From Anthoceros angustus (Eukaryota > Plantae > Anthocerotophyta), in contig MU008154.1 in the NCBI GenBank assembly GCA_010909165.1, positions 62,001 through 126,000 of the forward strand: a stretch of 64,000 nucleotides of DNA. The letters run 5' to 3'. The stretch's first letter is position 1. Each line of letters starts with the position of its first letter. Position numbers and translations under genes: made by a program. The notes under the pieces were generated by a model. The model saw only the letters and a list, made by a program, of their open reading frames with translations. It searched no databases and was not told the DNA's origin. Positions 26,785 through 39,769 of this stretch are shown one piece after another.

Positions 26785-29700
26785 TGGTATCAGAGCAATG
26801 ATCCGCCATGGACTTGCTTGCTATTTCTTCTTTGCTTCTGTTGATAAAGAGCAAAGTAGATAGCATATCATATTAGATTTGTAGTGTTTCTGAAGAGTAT
26901 GATGGGCTCCAATGGTCCTAGACTACGTTCTTAGAAATCATTAGAAAATATGGAAGAAAATTCACTTCACTAGATCATTGAGGGTTTTTAAGAATTCAAG
27001 ATATAAGTCTTAGGTGGTTGTGAATATTCTACATTTAGAAAGAAGAGTTTCTGGAGAGCACGACGGGCTGCAAGAGCTCTAGATGTGTATCTCGTTTTAA
27101 AAGAACAAAAAATAAAACAACATGAACCATGAGAACCCTATGTCAGGCCCCATGTGTTGGGCGCTTAATCGTGGAGTTCTGATGGAGTGGAGTGTATGTG
27201 CACCGACCCGCTGAGGACAATTACAGGGAAGGCGAGTTTGTATATAAAACCTTCTTTATCACTCAACCCTGGTTCATTCGGGACAAGGATCACGGTGATT
27301 ACCCCAATTCAACCAGCCTACGGGTTCTTGAGGCAGTTGCGCCCGTCTCTCACACACAATTCAAGTGATGGGAGCCTAGACTCTGGTGTGCAGGGCTCGA
27401 TTCACGAGCGCTTTAATAAGTGTGTTGTCGCGAGGAGGCGGCTGCGGCCGAACGGTGCCCGTGTCAATCGTTGCACTTCATTTGGCACCACCATGTGAAC
27501 ACAGTTTCACAGACTGCAACCGGGTTTCCCTTCGCACCTTTCACACCTCACCTTCACCGCCTCTTTAGGGCCTCTGTTTTTTTTTCCAAATAACTTATGC
27601 TGTTGGTGGTTGCAAAATCAACCTCGTGGGCAATATTTACTAAAGCTCTAGATCACATGAGAAGAGTAGCTTGCTATTTTCGACAAACTTATTTTGGTGA
27701 CCGGAGATGGTTGCGACAAGCTATGTCCGCTGAAGACTAAACCTCTAGGAAATCTATTTGAATAAGAATTTGATTAGTGTGCGTCAACGCCGTTTCTTGT
27801 GAGTAGGTCCAAGTCTACAAGACCAAGATTGGGTTGAGGAGCAACGCCGGTTTTGAGGTGTCCAAGCCCCGCAAGATCAAAGTCAAAATTGCAAATTGTT
27901 TTTGCTACCCTTTGAAGATACATTTTCTCTAACGAGTGATCTAGTCGAAATATCATAATATTTCAGCCGCATCTACGTGAAAGCTCTTAAGGATGGATGC
28001 TCAACCACCACCAACACCAACAATCTTCAACATGATGAGCGTCATTTCGACTTCAAGGAGAAGGATCGCCGACGGCACAAAATTCAGTATGGTCTGCCGA
28101 ATGAAGATCGCTGAATACTCAGATCCTTCCCGATTGTCGGTCTTCTGTTCGTCCTTTATTGACTGGGTATGGTGCGACGAGCTATGCATATGCTAAAATC
28201 TCAATTAGGCGAGGGTTACCTTACACCATCTTGATGGTGCCATAACTCTGCCAAGCTTGGAAGCAACTATAATATCTATCAATCTACTCTTGTTACGGTA
28301 CGTTTGGAGTTCTACTCATTACGTATGCAACCTAACGACAGTGTTGCTCAGTACATAAGCAAGTTTAGGTATCTACAGCTCAACTTGCGGCACTGAACGG
28401 TAATCTCAATTTGATCTGCGCTCGGCTCTTAGCTAGCCTCCCGGCTAGTTATCAAACCTTTGTCTCGTCCAGAACGGACGGGTGAGAAATGCTCACGCAG
28501 GCGTACGGGCATGGTCACGAATATTCTTGTGTCGAAGATTGGGGCTCTCACGCAAGAGGAGGTTCAATCTGTTGGCACATCTCAACAGGGGAAAGGTCAT
28601 GTTCGTGACCAATGGTAGGTCACAACAGAATAAGAACAGAGCTCGGGAATCTTGAGTTCTTCCAAGTCTCAAGCGAGAGGACATGTCATTGGTGCCGAGC
28701 ACTGCCATTGGGAGAGAGTGTCGGAAGAAAGCAGGCTAGTGAGGCCCGCCAGAGCGAGGATGGAGAATGCTGTCTGCCTCCATAGCCAAGACCCGATTAC
28801 CTAGATCAGCCCGACCTCGTGCTCTAACCATGTGTTTGGTGGTTTCTATCTCGGATGCATGACTAATTGCTTTGGTTAGTGCACAAATCGTACGCATACA
28901 TGTTCACACATGGCGAAGATATTGTCTTCGTCGACAAGTCTTGCAAGGCGACCGTTAAACGCTTTGATTTCGGCCAGGAGATTGTCTTCTCTACACGATC
29001 TTGCATGCGGTCATCACGTCATGCCTTGTACATTTCTTTATGCATCTGTTTCACATTGTTGCCTCACTAATCTAGTGGCATCGATCTTGATAGATGGTCC
29101 ATTTAGAGGAGATCTGGCGATGCTCTTCTCCCACTTCCATGTTCGGATGCTAGGTTACACTCTTTATAATTGGCTTCTTCACCTCAAGCGATTCCTATGT
29201 TCATAGTTTACGCTCGAGAGGGGAGTTAGACAAGCCATGGCAGAGTACCAGAACTTGCTATCGGAATCATGGTGCCCTCACACGTTAGTGTACATGGCAT
29301 TCCCAAGGTACCTATGGAATAGAAAAAAGGAGTTCAACAAGCCGACTTCACTACCTCTAAAGACATGCAGATTATCTCTTTTAATTACGGTGTTGCTGCA
29401 GCAGAGGGAGTTCTACTTACGCTTCCAGAGGGTTACAATCCTGAAGCAGATGAGTGGAGTTGTTGGCAATCGGTGATGAATATGATTATTTGGCTTTCTC
29501 AGAAAAGTGGTCATTGGAATGGTAGATGAGATACTGCATTTACGTCATGATTTAGGTCGCTCATTGGTGGGGGCTATCCGCTTTTGTTCCATCACTAGGA
29601 GTTGTAAGTGCTGGTAAAGCTTACTCTTTCTCCGTCACAAGAGTGGTGTTCTTCTCCACGAGTTGCTGTACACTAGAGGCTCATTGCGAGGCAGTTCGAC

Positions 29701-29819
29701 CGACTCTAGGTGATAGCCGAATTGAGCAAGGCTAGAAGCTTGACTACAACAAGAGTGATCTCCTTTTGTTTACATGGAGCTCTTAGATAACAGCAACCCA
29801 CAACGTGTATGAGAGAGAG

Positions 29820-30028
29820 AGTTAGAAGAAAAGGCACTAATGCTTTCTGCACTCACGCTTTGTTAGTCTAACTAGGCCTTGGCTTTAAATGTAGTTAATT
29901 AACTAGAAGAAGCGAAAGGACACAACCCTTCGTAACCCTTTAAAAGCCCACCTGAACCTAAACCCCTGATTGTTGATTGTTAGTAAAGCATCCGCTTGAT
30001 GCAAGACGCCCGCATGGCATTTCTAACT
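29820..30028 (+). repeat. 3' LTR, first (indel-rich) copy
   Basis: Same LTR preceded by the PPT and followed by TGGAC flank. Confidence 0.85.
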
Positions 30029-31611
30029 TGGACTCGTACTTATTCTACTCGAATTCCACAACTCATCGCCTAAAGCGGACTTCATCATGCCTGTCCAAGT
30101 GAACCTGGGGCAGAGCTATATGCAGCCACGAACTCACGGACTGCACCACGCAACCCACGGACCTTCCATGAGGCTCCCCGAATTTGATGTCAAGGCTCTT
30201 TTAGCTAGCCTCCCGCTAGTTATCAAACCTTTGTCTCCCCAGAACTGGACGGTGAGAAATGCTCACCGGCCGCGTGGCATGGTCCCGAATATTATCAGAC
30301 AAGATCCGGAGCTCTCAAGAAGAGGAGCCTGTGTTCAATGTTGGCACATCTCAACACGGGGGGGAAAGGGTCATGTTCGTGACCAATGGTAGGTCACAAC
30401 AGAATAAGAACAGGAGCTCTCAGGAATCTTCGAGTTCTTCCAAGTCTCCTAAGCGAGAGGGGACATGTCATTGGTGCCAGATACCTGGCCATTGGGAGAG
30501 AGAGTGTCGGAAGAAACAGGCTAGTGAGGCCCGCCAGGAGCCAAGGATGGAGAATGCTGCCGTCGTCTCCATAGCCAAGACCAAGATTTAGATCAGCGCT
30601 CTAACTCGTGTGTGTTTGGTGGTTTCTATCTGCTGTGATCTGACTAATTGCTTTTGCGCGTTAGTGCCAAATCGAGCTACGCATACATGTTCACATCATG
30701 GCGAAAGATATTGTCTTCGTACGACAAGTCTTGCAAGACGACACGTTCCGCTTGATTTCGGCCAGGGAGATTGTCTTCTCTACACGATCTTGCATGCGGT
30801 CATCCCCACATGCCTTGTACATTTTCTGGTGTTGTATCCGTTTCCAGCTTGTTGCCTCACTAATCTAGTGGCATCGATCTTGATAGATGGTCCATTTAGA
30901 GGAGATCGCATCATGGCGATGCTCTTCTCCCACTTCCATGTTCGGATGCTAGTTGCACCGCCTTTATAATTGGCTTCTTCACCTCAAGCGATTCCTATGT
31001 TCATAGTTTACGCCGAGAGGGGAAGTTGAACAAGCCATGGCGAGGAGTACCAGTTGAACTTGCTATCGTAATCATGGTGCCCTCACACGGCGGTACATGG
31101 CATTCCCAAGGTACCTATGGAATAGAAAAAAGGAGTTCAACAAGCCGACTTCACTACCTCTAAAGACATGCGATTATCTCTTTTAATTACTTGTTGCTGC
31201 AGCAGGAGTTCTACTTACGCCCAGAGGGTTACAACTCAAGGTATGAGTGGAGTTGTTGGCAATCGGTGATGAATATGATTATTTGGCTTTCTCAGAAAAG
31301 TGGTCATTGGAATGGTAGACTGTAGATACTGTACGATGCTGTATGATTTAGGTCGCTCATTTGGTGGGGCTATCCGTTTTTGTTCCATCACTAGGAGTTG
31401 TAAGTCGTTGCAGAAAGCTTACTCTTTTCTGGTCACAAGAGTGGTGTTCTTCTCCACGAGTTGTCAGACACTGGTGCTCATTATGCAGGCACCACCTCTA
31501 GGTGATAGCCGAATTGAGCAAGGCTAGAAGCTTGACTACAACAAGAGTGATCTCCTTTTGTTTACATGGAGCTCTTAGATAACAGCAACCCACAACGTGT
31601 ATGAGAGAGAG

Positions 31612-31833
31612 AGTTAGAAGAAAAAGCAGACCACGTTGGTTCTGTACCACGTTTGTTAGTCTAACTAGGCCTTAGCTTTAAATGTAGTTAATTAACTAGA
31701 AGGCTAGCGAAAGGACACAACCCTTCGTAACCCTTTAAAAGCCCACCTATGAACCTAAACCTCAGTTGATTGTTTATCATTCTTAGTAAAGCATCTGCTT
31801 GATGCAAGACGCTTCCGCATGGCATTTCTAACT
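31612..31833 (+). repeat. 3' LTR, second copy (222 bp)
   Basis: Same LTR preceded by the PPT and followed by the TGGAC TSD at 31834-31838. Confidence 0.9.
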
Positions 31834-32366
31834 TGGACTCGTACTTATTCTACTCGAATTCCACAACTCATCGCCTAAACGGACTTCATCATGTCGGGTC
31901 CGGCGGAAACTGCAGAGCCTAGGCGTGTGCCACACAGCAACTCAACGGACCAGACACGCAACCCACCAGACCTTCCCATGAGGCTCCCTCAGGGTGTCTC
32001 AAAACGCTGCTTAAGGTTTGGGAGACCAGAACAGGTTTAATGACGCGGTCCTCCGTCGGTCTCCATGCGCAGCCATCACCACGCACAAACCCACCTATCT
32101 TCTAACTCACAACTCTAGACTCAGCTCAACAACAGCTCCAACACAATGCTCAGGCCCGCAGCTCCTTTCCTCCTTCTTCCACACTTCCACACAATTAGTA
32201 TCTTAAACACCAACACTTCGACGTATTCACACCTAACCGCCTTTGCTCCTTCCAACTGCTTCCCATTTCGTGAGGTAATGGCTTCCCAGCCCACCAACGG
32301 CGTCCGCCCCAGCGGCCTCCAAGGATGGTTTCCACATGGAGAGATCATCCCGAAGCGCTCTCCAAT

Positions 32367-32640
32367 CCCTACTAGAAATGGGCACCCTATGTTACACTTT
32401 ATGTTAAGATTTGGACCCCCGGATGTAACACTCATGTTGCAATTTTGGGGTCATGTAACACTTTGGGCCCCTTGTTACACTTTGGCTTGGAAACCATACC
32501 ACGGTTGTTGCAATCATGTTGCAATGGTGTTGCAATTATGTTAAGATGAAGTGAGAGGTGGTTTTGCCCTCTCTCAAAATTGCAACATGATTGCAACATC
32601 TAAAATGTTACAAGAGAGGTCTTGTAACACTTTTGGAGGC
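32367..32640. mobile_element. Left terminus of a CACTA/EnSpm-like element (CCCTACTAGAAA variant TIR plus subterminal repeats)
   Basis: CCCTACTAGAAATGGGCACCCT has the same layout as the 8612 end (CACTACTAGGAAACCGGGCCCT), followed by many direct and inverted TGTAACAC/TGTTACAC/TGTTGCAA motifs. Confidence 0.65.
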
Positions 32641-33054
32641 TTGATGCAGAACCTCCTCCCCATCCACCATTCCTTTTACTTTTGCCCTTGAAATACCACG
32701 TTTTACTTGGTAGTTACCGATCGCCCTTCAATCGACCATATAAATACGTATCAATACATCCTTATACTATACGCATGTAGTCTGTGATAAATGTATATAT
32801 TATTCTAAGTGCTATAAGGCGTATTCAATTTCATATAAAATAAGTTTGTATATCGTATTACATCATTATGAGTGCATACATATTCATGATACGATACTTT
32901 GTATTTACTATACGTGTAAATAGCGGCGCCCTTTATACCCCTACTTTATAGCATGCCGTGCGGTTTGTCCTTCCACGTCAATAGCCATGGCTTCACGCCA
33001 TGGCGCCCAAGAAGATAGTCCCCACCTATCACCTTATTGTGACGCATCATGAGG

Positions 33055-35790
33055 TTATGCCCCCTCTAAGATTGTCTTTGTGCGGAGGAGATTTGGTATG
33101 CGGCTTATGCTTTTACGCCTCCATGTAAGGCACTTCCTACTCGTCATCGTATGCACCTGAAACTTCCGCCCTCCGTTCGATTCCCAATTTTCTTCTTCCC
33201 TCCGCTTGCGTTGGTGAGCAAGCTTTGCCACTTCACTTCCCTCCACGCCTGCACACGTTACACATACAAACCAGCATGGCCATCATGAGTTATTGCGTTA
33301 ATGGGTTTCCACAACAAAGCGGACCATTTGCCTTACCTTCCCTCCGGTCCCTCCTCGTATCTTACGCCCTTCTTTGGACATTTTCCTCTTCCGTCCTCCT
33401 TCTTCCCGTGCCCTTGTCACTCGCCACCGCCTCGCCTACTCCTCCTCCTTTCCTCTTTCGCCTCCACCCTTTATCGCGGTGGCGTTGCCTCAGCGGGCTC
33501 CACTATGTAGTCCATGCTCTCGGCATCAGGCTGCAAGATATGTGTCACACGAAATTAGGCACATCGTCCTCTTACTGCCTCTCTGCGTCCATGTTCTCAG
33601 CGTCCCCCACGTCTGTCCCCCGGCCTCCATCGTACCTGGCCTTTGCCATATCAAAGGCGCATGATGCCCTCTTGAACCTCCTTCATTCTCTCTCCCCTCG
33701 ACATCGCCTCATCATAGTTGCGCCTTTTGCCCCGAGCATGGATGCTGCTGTGATCCTCGTCAGTCCTCCGCCAGCTCCTCCTAGTCCCCTGCGTTTTTGT
33801 GTCCATAGTGCACACAAGTGTGTTTCCTCACAGTGACAGTTGATCGCCCCCTGGCTCCACCACCCGACTCCACCCCTCCACACTCATTGTTCACGCCCTC
33901 CAGCGTCGTCATCCATCTCCCCCAGCCTCCACCCTCCCATACATGGCGTCACCTTGCGGTCTCGGGCACTCCTCCACCTCTTTCCAATTTGCTTGCTGCC
34001 CACTGACGACCCTCGTCGCCACCTCCATTGACACCATTCCGGGCATGCCTTCCACCAAACCTGGCGATCGTGGTGTCGCGCACCACAATTCGTCACCTCG
34101 TTTCCCCCTCCTGCCTCCTCATGCCTCCTCATGGCCCGCGCCCGTCTCACTTCACGCTCTTGTTCGCCGTCGCCTTTCCCCCTTCCAAGTCCGTTGTGCC
34201 GCCTCCCTGCCTCCTCCTCCCAAGCCCCTTCCGCCATGCATTCCTTCCTAGCCTCTCGTCCACGGCCACCACGTGCACCACTTGCCTCCCACCCCTTCCT
34301 TCCGTCGCCTCGGAAGGCCACCATCGAGGATCCATCTCCAATTCAATGTCATTAAGCAAAATGGTCATTTCCTTGTTCTCCTTGCAATGGCTTGAATCTA
34401 CGGTGTCTTGTCATACACTCCTGCCTTACCATAGGAACTGCACAGAACCCCACTATCGCGGACCGCCCACAGGCTGCATGGAAATCGTCCTCTTCAACCT
34501 CCCATACTCGCCTCTTCTTCCGTTGGAAACCGCCCATCTTGATTCTCAAACCTCACCACCAGCCACGCCCTCCCTTTCCCCATGGGTTTGGACCCATCCC
34601 CGTTTTTAGCTAGCCTCTCTTTTTGCGATTTCGTACTTGATGGCTCAAACTTCCGTTCCTCTTCAACTCCATCCGAGCCCATGCAAGTGCATCTTCCCAC
34701 TCTTCGTCATCCACCATGCTCGGTTTCTTCCCATGTCCTCCCCCTCCATTTCCTCTCTAGCTGCCGCGCTTCCATGGTGCGTGTCATCTGCGGATCTTGG
34801 ACTTGACCACGGTGCAGGAATGCTTGACACAGTTTCACTAAGTGCTTTCTCTTCTTTGGGCGTCCGCCATCTTGCGGTACGAGTTCATTCACAACCCGTC
34901 CTCACGGTACCATGATTCTTGTGCTTGCCGCTCGGCCCGAACAACATGAGTCCCTCCCCGCTTCATGTGGTTTTGCATGGCCTCCTTGACCATTTCACCC
35001 CATGCTTGTTTATCAAGGCTTTAACGATTGCATCGTTGTCCACCGCACTCACCGCGCCCGGCCGAACCTGCACACATCACCGTGTTAGAACACCACCCCT
35101 TGCGAAATTGATTGCGCCATTCGAGATCAAGTGCAGTGCGTCGGTCGGTATCCATTACCTCTGCTTACCCCTTCGCGATTCCACCTTCTTCTTGCCGCGG
35201 CCCTCGAAGGTTGCCTCCCTTGTCCCCATGCTTAAACGCGCATGCGGTGCTCTGTTACCCGTTTGTCCACCATGCGCACTCATCCGGCGCAAACTTGAGC
35301 GTGTGCACACTTTGCCCGGCATCACTTGCCGTTGCAGTCGCGACCAACCTCATCCAAGCGTAATAGCTCCTCATCTATTTGTTCAATTCTTGCACACAAT
35401 GCTCCAACTCCGCATCCGTGGGAGGTTCCGGATCTCGGCGTCGTCAAAATCAACTCGGGTTTGACCATGCCCTCGCCTCTTACCTTCGGTCTTGATGAGG
35501 CGCTTCTTGGTCGCGATGTCGAATGGAAGACGAGTGCGGTGGATGGCGAGATACCGAGGCGGTTGCCCATCCTCCCCACCCGGATCGGTCCATCGTCGTC
35601 GGTGTTGTCCGCGCCTTGTCGCGACTCGCCCAAGCCTCGCTGTATACTCCCCATCAGAACCGGTTGTCCACGCCTTTCCATCTTGAGGCAATGGCTTCCC
35701 TCTCGGTGAAAGGGCGGGCCATGAGTCCATGTGCATTGAGACTCCATTTTGAAAAAGCTTGTTTGCAAAGGCCCCGGTGGTCATTCTTGC
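33055..35790 (-). pseudogene. Fragmented element-internal coding region downstream of TnpD, possibly TnpA-like
   Basis: Purine-rich minus strand with protein-like fragments; position and strand match the second CACTA gene. No diagnostic motif recognised. Confidence 0.3.
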
Positions 35791-35949
35791 TCTTGTAGGG
35801 ACCAGCGGTGTGCACTTGCTACTTGCCCATAATCACACGTTTCGACCACCTCGGCGGCTTGGGAGCAATTTTCATGTCCCATTGGTTCGTTGTCGTTACT
35901 CGTGATGTATGATATTGCCCAAATGGCTCTCAATGCCCCATTACTCCAT

Positions 35950-38620
35950 TTTACCGTAATCATCGACTTCCTCGACCATTCCCACACTTGGGTATTGGCA
36001 CATTTATTGGATCATGCTTGTTTGTTTGGAAATACTTTAATGCCCACTTGGGTTTGCCCATCCATGTCTCAAGCGACATGCCACAATCTATGTGCAGCAT
36101 GGGTTCCTCCTCTCTCCATCCCTCGCCGGAGTAGGCACGGCCAAGGCCCACCCTGTTTCCATCCACTTGTCTGGATGCATCATGCCGAGTTACTGCGATG
36201 GCCACACAAATGGACCATCGATGGAGTGCACCTACAGAAACCTTCTCGGTATTCACAAGGTCAAACCGTGTCGACTTCCGGCGATGGCCTTGTCCCTCCA
36301 CACGACACTCGTACCATCCAACCTTCAATTGGATTATACTCCTCAAGGCGCATCCGATGTTGCTCTATGTGGCCGTAGACGCTCCTCTTGAGCTCCCCGG
36401 CGCCACCCACCATGATAAACTTTGCGCAGCTATCTTTTGTGCTCCGCCGCGTTTATGCCTCCCAAGAGGTGGCTGCCTTTGTTCCACATGTGACTATGTG
36501 CCTGCTTGCAGCGGGGCCATCCATTATAGCCCTCACTTGGGTCATAGCGGGATGCCTCCCAAGCGCTCACCGCCCTTCTTACATGCACCCACCTCTTGAA
36601 ACTTCGTCGTTCCTCATGGTACATCCTCACCTCTTCGTCGTACATGTCCAAAAGCGGTGCATCACCTTCGTGTGATACAGCACATAAGTATGGGCTGGCG
36701 CACCTCAGCGGCATCCATTGTGTGCCGGCCACACCCAGACTTTTCTCACGGTCCTCGGGACTCCATGATCCATGATGACCATAGTAGCCGGAGGAATGAC
36801 ATGCGAAATGCATACTCTCCTCTCTCATATACCCCACGGCTATCTTGGACTCTGGTTTGGTATGTCGCTTTGGATCCTAAGTATCTCTCCACGGGTACAT
36901 CCACAGTGTGCTGCAGGCCAATCCCCTCGTCCACTAAATGTATTATGAGGTGGGTTGATATATCAAAGACCTTTGGAGGAATTGCTTTTCAGAGCACATC
37001 ACCCTGACCTCTTCTCGTTGTGCTTGAATTTCATGGCCGTGTTGATTGTGGCAAATCCATCATCGACCCAATTTCACAACCGCCTTGTACACCTGGGTCT
37101 ATGCACCCCGAAGGGCGATGGGAAGATGATTTCCAGCATGATGTGCGATCATGGCAGCAAGCTCACTTTGCCCCCTCTAATTTTGCTCCTATGTTAGACC
37201 CATAGCACATGGGCAGCTTTATGCGTTTAATTCTCTCTATGACTTGACGGAGTCGTCTTTCGCCAAAGCGTAAGGCGCCTCGGGGCAATGGCGATCCTCT
37301 CCCTCCGCCACAACCACCTTTTCCCTCCATTGGCTTCCATGTCCATCCTTGATGCTAGTCGTCTCGCTCTCCCGTCAAAGTGTGCCATATGGCCTCTGCA
37401 TTGTTCTTTTCCACGTGCATGACATCCTTTGGCGCCATCACAAGGGTGCGCCAATATGGGAGCACCCTAAGCAGAAGACATCGGCGTTCCAAAATTTCCT
37501 CGCGGATCTCGGCGGTGGCGCACCTTCTCTGCGTACCATATCATCACCACATCATCAAGCGTTGGTGGCAGGTGGGGGCGGAGTTCGCCGTCCATCGTAC
37601 CGTCCATGTCTTCCCACCGTCGCTATCGCCGGGCAACCACCTCTGTTGCCAACATAAACTGCTTTTTAATTGATGAGAATAGCGGGAATCCGAGTCCAAT
37701 CCAACAATCCACACGGGTCCCTTTCACTTGCAATCGATCGGTGCCCAACCACAGGTAGTCGGCAATGACGTTCCGCACCGCACCTAAAATGCCTCCTAGG
37801 ATCGTTCACGGTATTGAAAAGTCTTCCATGTCCACCCCTCTCCCACTCTTCCGGTTCTTCTACCGGGCGCCATATAAACATCAAAATTTTTACCATGCGG
37901 TCACAGGTGAGAGGCATGATGACATGGGCGTCCTTTGCTAGCCCAGGAGGCATGTTGTGAGCGAATAGCATAATGGCCATATGGGCGTGTTGGCGGACGA
38001 CCAAAGGGGTTGAAGCGCTGCATAATGCCAACCTCAAGTTGCGAGGTTCATCCCGAACCCTTCAAGCGCATCAAATACTCTCCATGTTGGGGTGTACGCC
38101 ATCATGGACATGTCCCCATTCTCGCTTTGCCTCCCGGCGTACCAAGTCATCATCATGCTATTTAGGCATTACGACATGCGTTTCAATCGCGTCTTTAGAA
38201 AATGCGGAGGACCTTAGGGCTCTCGCTCATCAAACCCTTCCTTGTACCGCGTGCCACGGGGCAATGGGCTGCCAGCGTACTCACCCACGAATAGAATACA
38301 ATCTTTTCACAAGCATGGATTTTCCGTATCTTGGCCCAAACATGTGCAACCGGCTTTGCCTCGTACATGTCCTTGACTTGTTGGGCAAAATATCCACACT
38401 TAAGAGCTTTAAAAGTGCGTCACGGCGATGTCATACATGGTTTGCCGGCGGCAACAACGATTGTTGCGCTTTCTTTCTTTCGATTGGACTTCCTCTTCAA
38501 TGTGGTATAGCGTTTAGACTCGACAAGCGGTCACGGACTCCATCCTGCCGTGCCTTTGCATCCGTGGCTTCCAGCAACTCGTCCACGGTGTGCGCTTCGG
38601 GCATATCGTCAGCTCTCGGA
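35950..38620 (-). mobile_element. CACTA TnpD/Tnp2 transposase (Transposase_21 + DUF4218), frameshifted
   Basis: KIHACEK, PKVLRIF, HVHDG, DEPRNLRLALCS, HNMPP, KNFDVYMAP, LPYWRTLVMAPKDVMHVEKN and IPPKVFDISTHLIIHLVDE...WMYPVERYLG in canonical order. Confidence 0.88.
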
Positions 38621-39769
38621 CCCTCGTCCATACTTTCATCGTCGGAACTACTAGTGTCGTCGGTAAGATGGCCATTTGGTTCCTGTCGAACCCCCGAGCC
38701 GTATCCAGATCCGTTTGGTGTGGGGAGACGCCTGCAAGACTGCCGCCCTCTTCTATGTCCGCTCGTCTCGCCGAAAAAAAAACCATATTAAAGCAAGTTG
38801 GAGTGCATTTGCTGGCATTGATGGAGAGAACTCACGGCCACCAGCGGGTGCACGTGGGGCGTGGCGCGGAGCGGTGCACTCTTGAAATGTGTCTTGGGAA
38901 TCCCGAGCTGCGACTCACCTGATGGCGGCGAGGCGATACATGTACACCGCATGCATTTCGCGGCATCCTCCCGAGTCGTGATCGTGGATGACAACCACGC
39001 AGAAGCATGGTGGTATCAGTTTCCAAACGCCATAGTTCATTCATGGCATAATGAATGGGGGCATTTAGTTTATTTGAATGGCTTCTGTGCACCATGCACA
39101 ATGGTGTAGAAGATGAAGTAGATGCAAAGCAGAGGAAACGGGCGTCAGGTCAATTCACACGACCTTCAGACATGGCATGTTTTATTCCATGCCCTGGATT
39201 TTCAAATATTGTAATGGCTTGCACACACCTTTCTTGGACCATGGTGGAGGGGACAAGCTTGTTTATGCGAGAGAAAGGGAGCCATTGTCTTTGGTTCATG
39301 GCAGGTTGTTATATGGCCATGACCTTGTCATGGCTTACAAAATCGGGGACTATACATGGCATGCATGGAGTAATGGCATACGTGGGCACGGAAGGGTTTC
39401 TGGACATACAAGAAGTAGCGCGCGGTGAAGGCGCCATGGCAAGGCAACATCCCAAGTAGCATGGCACGCCACGAAGGCTCCCTCCTCTCTCCTCTTCCCC
39501 TCCCACACCTCCCGCCGCCCACCACCGGCTCCACCACTCCCCACCACATGGCCACCGCCATAACGCCACCACGGGTTACTCGGAATGTGGTCGCGGACAT
39601 CACGTCGCGCGGCTGGATCGGTAGGCAGTGGTATGCGAAGGGGCAAAGCATAAATATAGCAAATTAACACATGCATGGTCCTTGGAGCATGGCGTTCTAA
39701 GTCGGTTGCCCTTGAAATGGCATGCCACATCCGTGGGCATTACAGACCGAGAAATGGCATTATGCGAAC

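Larger units (their letters stand above)
26563..31833 (+). mobile_element. Non-autonomous gag-only (TR-GAG-like) Copia-lineage LTR element; its 3' part is tandemly duplicated, giving three LTRs
   Basis: LTRs 26563-26784, 29820-30028, 31612-31833; PBS TGGTATCAGAGC 26785-26796; GAGAGAGAG PPT; TSD TGGAC; gag with LRMQPNDSVAQYISKF and zinc knuckle CHWCQIPGHWEREC; no pol motifs seen. Confidence 0.85.

Noticed and set aside
8600-32380. The two CACTA-like termini as ends of one element enclosing MOS1
   Set aside because: They face away from each other, have different subterminal repeats, and different adjacent 3-mers (GCG vs AAT).
33225-38791. Long plus-strand ORFs (33225-33836, 37973-38791 and others)
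   Set aside because: Antisense shadows of the minus-strand transposon genes in GC-rich DNA.
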